DNA of 1,025 bases from Naegleria gruberi (lineage: Eukaryota), in the NCBI GenBank assembly GCA_000004985.1, contig GG739610.1. One strand, given 5' to 3'. Position numbers and translations under genes: made by a program. Shown here piece after piece: positions 1-1,025 of this stretch; positions within the stretch are counted from its first letter, which is position 1; each line of letters begins with the position of its first letter. The notes beneath the pieces are model-generated. The model saw only the letters and a list, made by a program, of their open reading frames with translations, was not told where the DNA came from and ran no database searches.

Positions 1-1025
1 TAAATTTTAAAGAAATATCATTAAATGATGGTATTTTATAATTTGATGGTCCTATTGAAAATAACATTCCACTATTTATCCATTTATTTATAATTATATT
101 ATTATTATTATTATTTAAATTTAAATTATTATTAGTATCAATTAAATTATTTAAATTATTTAAATTATTATCAATTAAATTATTATCACCCCATATTAAT
201 TCTTCCATTAAATATAAACCAATACCTTGTGTAAATGCACCTTCAATTTGATTAATATCAATAGCAGGATTAATAGTATCACCTATATCCATAATAATAT
301 GTGTTGATAATATTTGCCAATCACCTGTTAATATATCTATTTCTACTTGACATACACTTGTACCACATACATAATATAATTGTGGATTACCTTTTAATGT
401 TTCTTCATTAAATGTTTGTTCTCCATTATCATTATTTGAAGTATTATTAGAATTATTACTATTATTAGAATTATCATTATTATTATTAGAACTTGTAGTA
501 CGTTTAGGTTTATAATATCCAATAGCACTTAAACATATTCTATTAAAATAGGCATAATTAATTAATTCACTCCATTCTTTTTTACTTAATTTATTATTTT
601 CATTTAAATTATTTTCATTTAAATTATTATTATTTTCATTAAATAATTTATTTTTTAAAGGTAATAATCTTTGATTTAAAATATCACATGCAACTAAAGC
701 AGCACCTGCAAATAAATCAGTACCCATACTACCACATGTAGAAATAGGATTAGGTATAATATTAGAATTAGCACTTGATATATTTATCAATTCAGTTGGT
801 ATTCCTAATTTATCAGATACACACATTACTATTTTAGTATGTAAACCTTGTCCAATTTCAATTCCACCTGTATTTATTAATACACTTCCATCAGGTGCAT
901 ATATATTAATTTGTGTACATCCTTGATTCATAAATATTTCTTGAAATCCAATTCCAAATTTAGAAGGTATCATTGATAATCCTCTTTTTTTATATTTATT
1001 ATTTAAATTAAATTCATTTACTTGT
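1..1025 (-). CDS. xdh: Xanthine dehydrogenase / aldehyde oxidase family molybdo-flavoenzyme, internal C-terminal fragment (molybdopterin-binding domain, Ald_Xan_dh_C2-like); partial at both ends, single exon across the window
   Basis: Manual minus-strand translation in the frame whose codons are revcomp of forward triplets 1022-1024 down to 2-4 gives no stop codon. The product is ...QVNEFNLNNKYKKRGLSMIPSKFGIGFQEIFMNQGCTQINIYAPDGSVLINTGGIEIGQGLHTKIVMCVSDKLGIPTELINISSANSNIIPNPISTCGSMGTDLFAGAALVACDILNQRLLPLK[NKLFNENNNNLNENNLNENNKLSKK]EWSELINYAYFNRICLSAIGYYKPKRTT[SSNNNNDNSNNSNNSNNTSNNDN]GEQTFNEETLKGNPQLYYVCGTSVCQVEIDILTGDWQILSTHIIMDIGDTINPAIDINQIEGAFTQGIGLYLMEELIWGD[NNLIDNNLNNLNNLIDTNNNLNLNNNNNNIIIN]KWINSGMLFSIGPSNYKIPSFNDISLKF. 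I aligned this from memory with vertebrate XDH: KKRGLCIIPTKFGISF...[28 protein letters not shown]...[53 protein letters not shown]...GPSTYKIPAF. The blocks appear in the same order and spacing. I checked the frame at several anchor points (tgg codons at forward 80-82, 191-193, 317-319 and 572-574; gga ggt at 863-868). The gene symbol is the generic family name. The window does not contain the residues that distinguish XDH from aldehyde oxidase (bovine Glu802, Arg880, Glu1261). Confidence 0.92.
86..184 (-). repeat. In-frame Asn/Leu/Ile low-complexity insertion (NNLIDNNLNNLNNLIDTNNNLNLNNNNNNIIIN) containing a 9-bp tandem repeat aattattta x3 (about 145-171) and (att)n at about 98-115
   Basis: The forward-strand text (att)6 and the aattattta units are direct repeats visible in the sequence. 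On the minus strand they read as aat-aat-tta (NNL) x3 and aat x6. The insertion lies between the conserved LMEEL block (forward 197-208) and the GPSNYKIP block (about 32-52). Vertebrate XDH has only about 12 residues here (HYSPEGSLHTR). Confidence 0.85.
233..271 (-). other. Conserved motif NPAIDINQIEGAF (XDH/AO '[13 protein letters not shown]' block)
   Basis: Minus-strand translation of forward 233-271. The motif lies between ...IMDIGDTI and TQGIGLYLMEEL, as in XDH (...[33 protein letters not shown]). G to N and V to I are conservative substitutions. Confidence 0.85.
425..490 (-). repeat. In-frame Asn/Ser low-complexity insertion (SSNNNNDNSNNSNNSNNTSNNDN); forward strand is an imperfect (att/tta/gaa) trinucleotide repeat
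   Basis: Forward 425-490 reads att atc att att tga agt att att aga att att act att att aga att atc att att att att aga, which is aat/tct/agt/gat codons on the minus strand. The insertion lies between the conserved GYY...KR and ...CQVEID blocks. The corresponding vertebrate loop is about 27 residues shorter. Confidence 0.85.
593..652 (-). repeat. In-frame Asn/Glu/Leu low-complexity insertion (NKLFNENNNNLNENNLNENNK) built on a perfect 15-bp tandem duplication attttcatttaaatt (596-610 and 611-625) plus a diverged third copy (626-640)
   Basis: The 15-mer occurs twice in direct tandem on the forward strand. Fifteen is a multiple of three and each unit encodes N-L-N-E-N on the minus strand. The insertion lies between the conserved ...ACDILNQRLLPLK and EWSELINYAYF blocks, where vertebrate XDH has only EPYKKKNPSGS. 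Confidence 0.85.
833..868 (-). other. Conserved motif GGIEIGQGLHTK (XDH/AO family '[12 protein letters not shown]' block of the Mo-cofactor domain)
   Basis: Minus-strand codons ggt gga att gaa att gga caa ggt tta cat act aaa. This matches the family signature at 9 of 12 positions in the correct context (preceded by APDGSVLIN, vertebrate [10 protein letters not shown]). Confidence 0.85.

Noticed and set aside
26-103. Short plus-strand ORF starting atgatggtattttataatttgatggtcc...
   Set aside because: It is only about 25 codons, terminated by taa, and lies antisense to a strongly supported conserved CDS. All plus-strand frames are riddled with stops (the minus-strand Asn codon aat reads att, and tta/tca/cta reverse complements are frequent). 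It is a spurious ORF.
93-180. Extremely AT-rich, repeat-laden tract that looks like intergenic or promoter DNA or a non-coding microsatellite
   Set aside because: It is in-frame, free of stops and flanked on both sides by conserved XDH blocks in the same minus-strand frame. Repeat periods are 3 and 9 nt. It encodes an Asn-rich loop and is not a regulatory region.
425-490. Possible frameshift or pseudogene because conserved homology seems to disappear in the middle of the gene
   Set aside because: The same frame continues open through the tract and conserved blocks resume in the identical frame on the far side (GYYKPKR... before, ...CQVEIDILTGD after). It is a low-complexity insertion and not a disruption.
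596-640. Repeated 15-bp units that might be taken for a CRISPR-like array or operator repeats
   Set aside because: The units are directly tandem with no spacers, far shorter than CRISPR repeats, and lie inside a eukaryotic coding exon in frame. There is no prokaryotic context anywhere in the window.
1-1025. Prompted possibility of a novel defence or accessory system in the window
   Set aside because: The window has a single continuous eukaryotic housekeeping exon. There are no additional ORFs, no operon structure, no RNA genes and no mobile-element termini. Nothing supports a novel system.
1-1025. Plasmodium origin (AT-rich plus poly-Asn)
   Set aside because: Plasmodium species lack xanthine dehydrogenase, since they rely on purine salvage. 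Codon preferences here (ggt, cca, tta, caa, tgt with few c/g-ending codons) and N-rich inserts fit Dictyostelids better. Species assignment stays unconfirmed without a database search.

Overview
The whole 1025-nt window is one uninterrupted open reading frame on the minus strand, partial at both ends. Codons are revcomp of forward triplets starting at positions congruent to 2 mod 3, i.e. 1022-1024 down to 2-4, and none is a stop. The translation aligns block for block with the C-terminal molybdopterin-binding region of eukaryotic xanthine dehydrogenase / aldehyde oxidase family enzymes. Examples are ...KKRGLSMIPSKFGIGF..., APDGSVLINTGGIEIGQGLHTKIV, ...GDWQILSTHIIMDIGDTINPAIDINQIEGAFTQGIGLYLMEEL... 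and GPSNYKIPSF. Three Asn-rich low-complexity insertions interrupt the conserved core. Two of them carry short tandem DNA repeats. These insertions, the extreme AT-richness and the codon usage (tta Leu, ggt Gly, cca Pro, caa Gln, aga Arg) point to a Dictyostelid-type amoebozoan genome, not a prokaryote. I see no RNA gene, mobile element, CRISPR array, promoter, intron or intergenic DNA, and no sign of a novel or undescribed system. It is an ordinary housekeeping purine-catabolism exon with organism-specific low-complexity expansions. The plus strand has stop codons in every frame.
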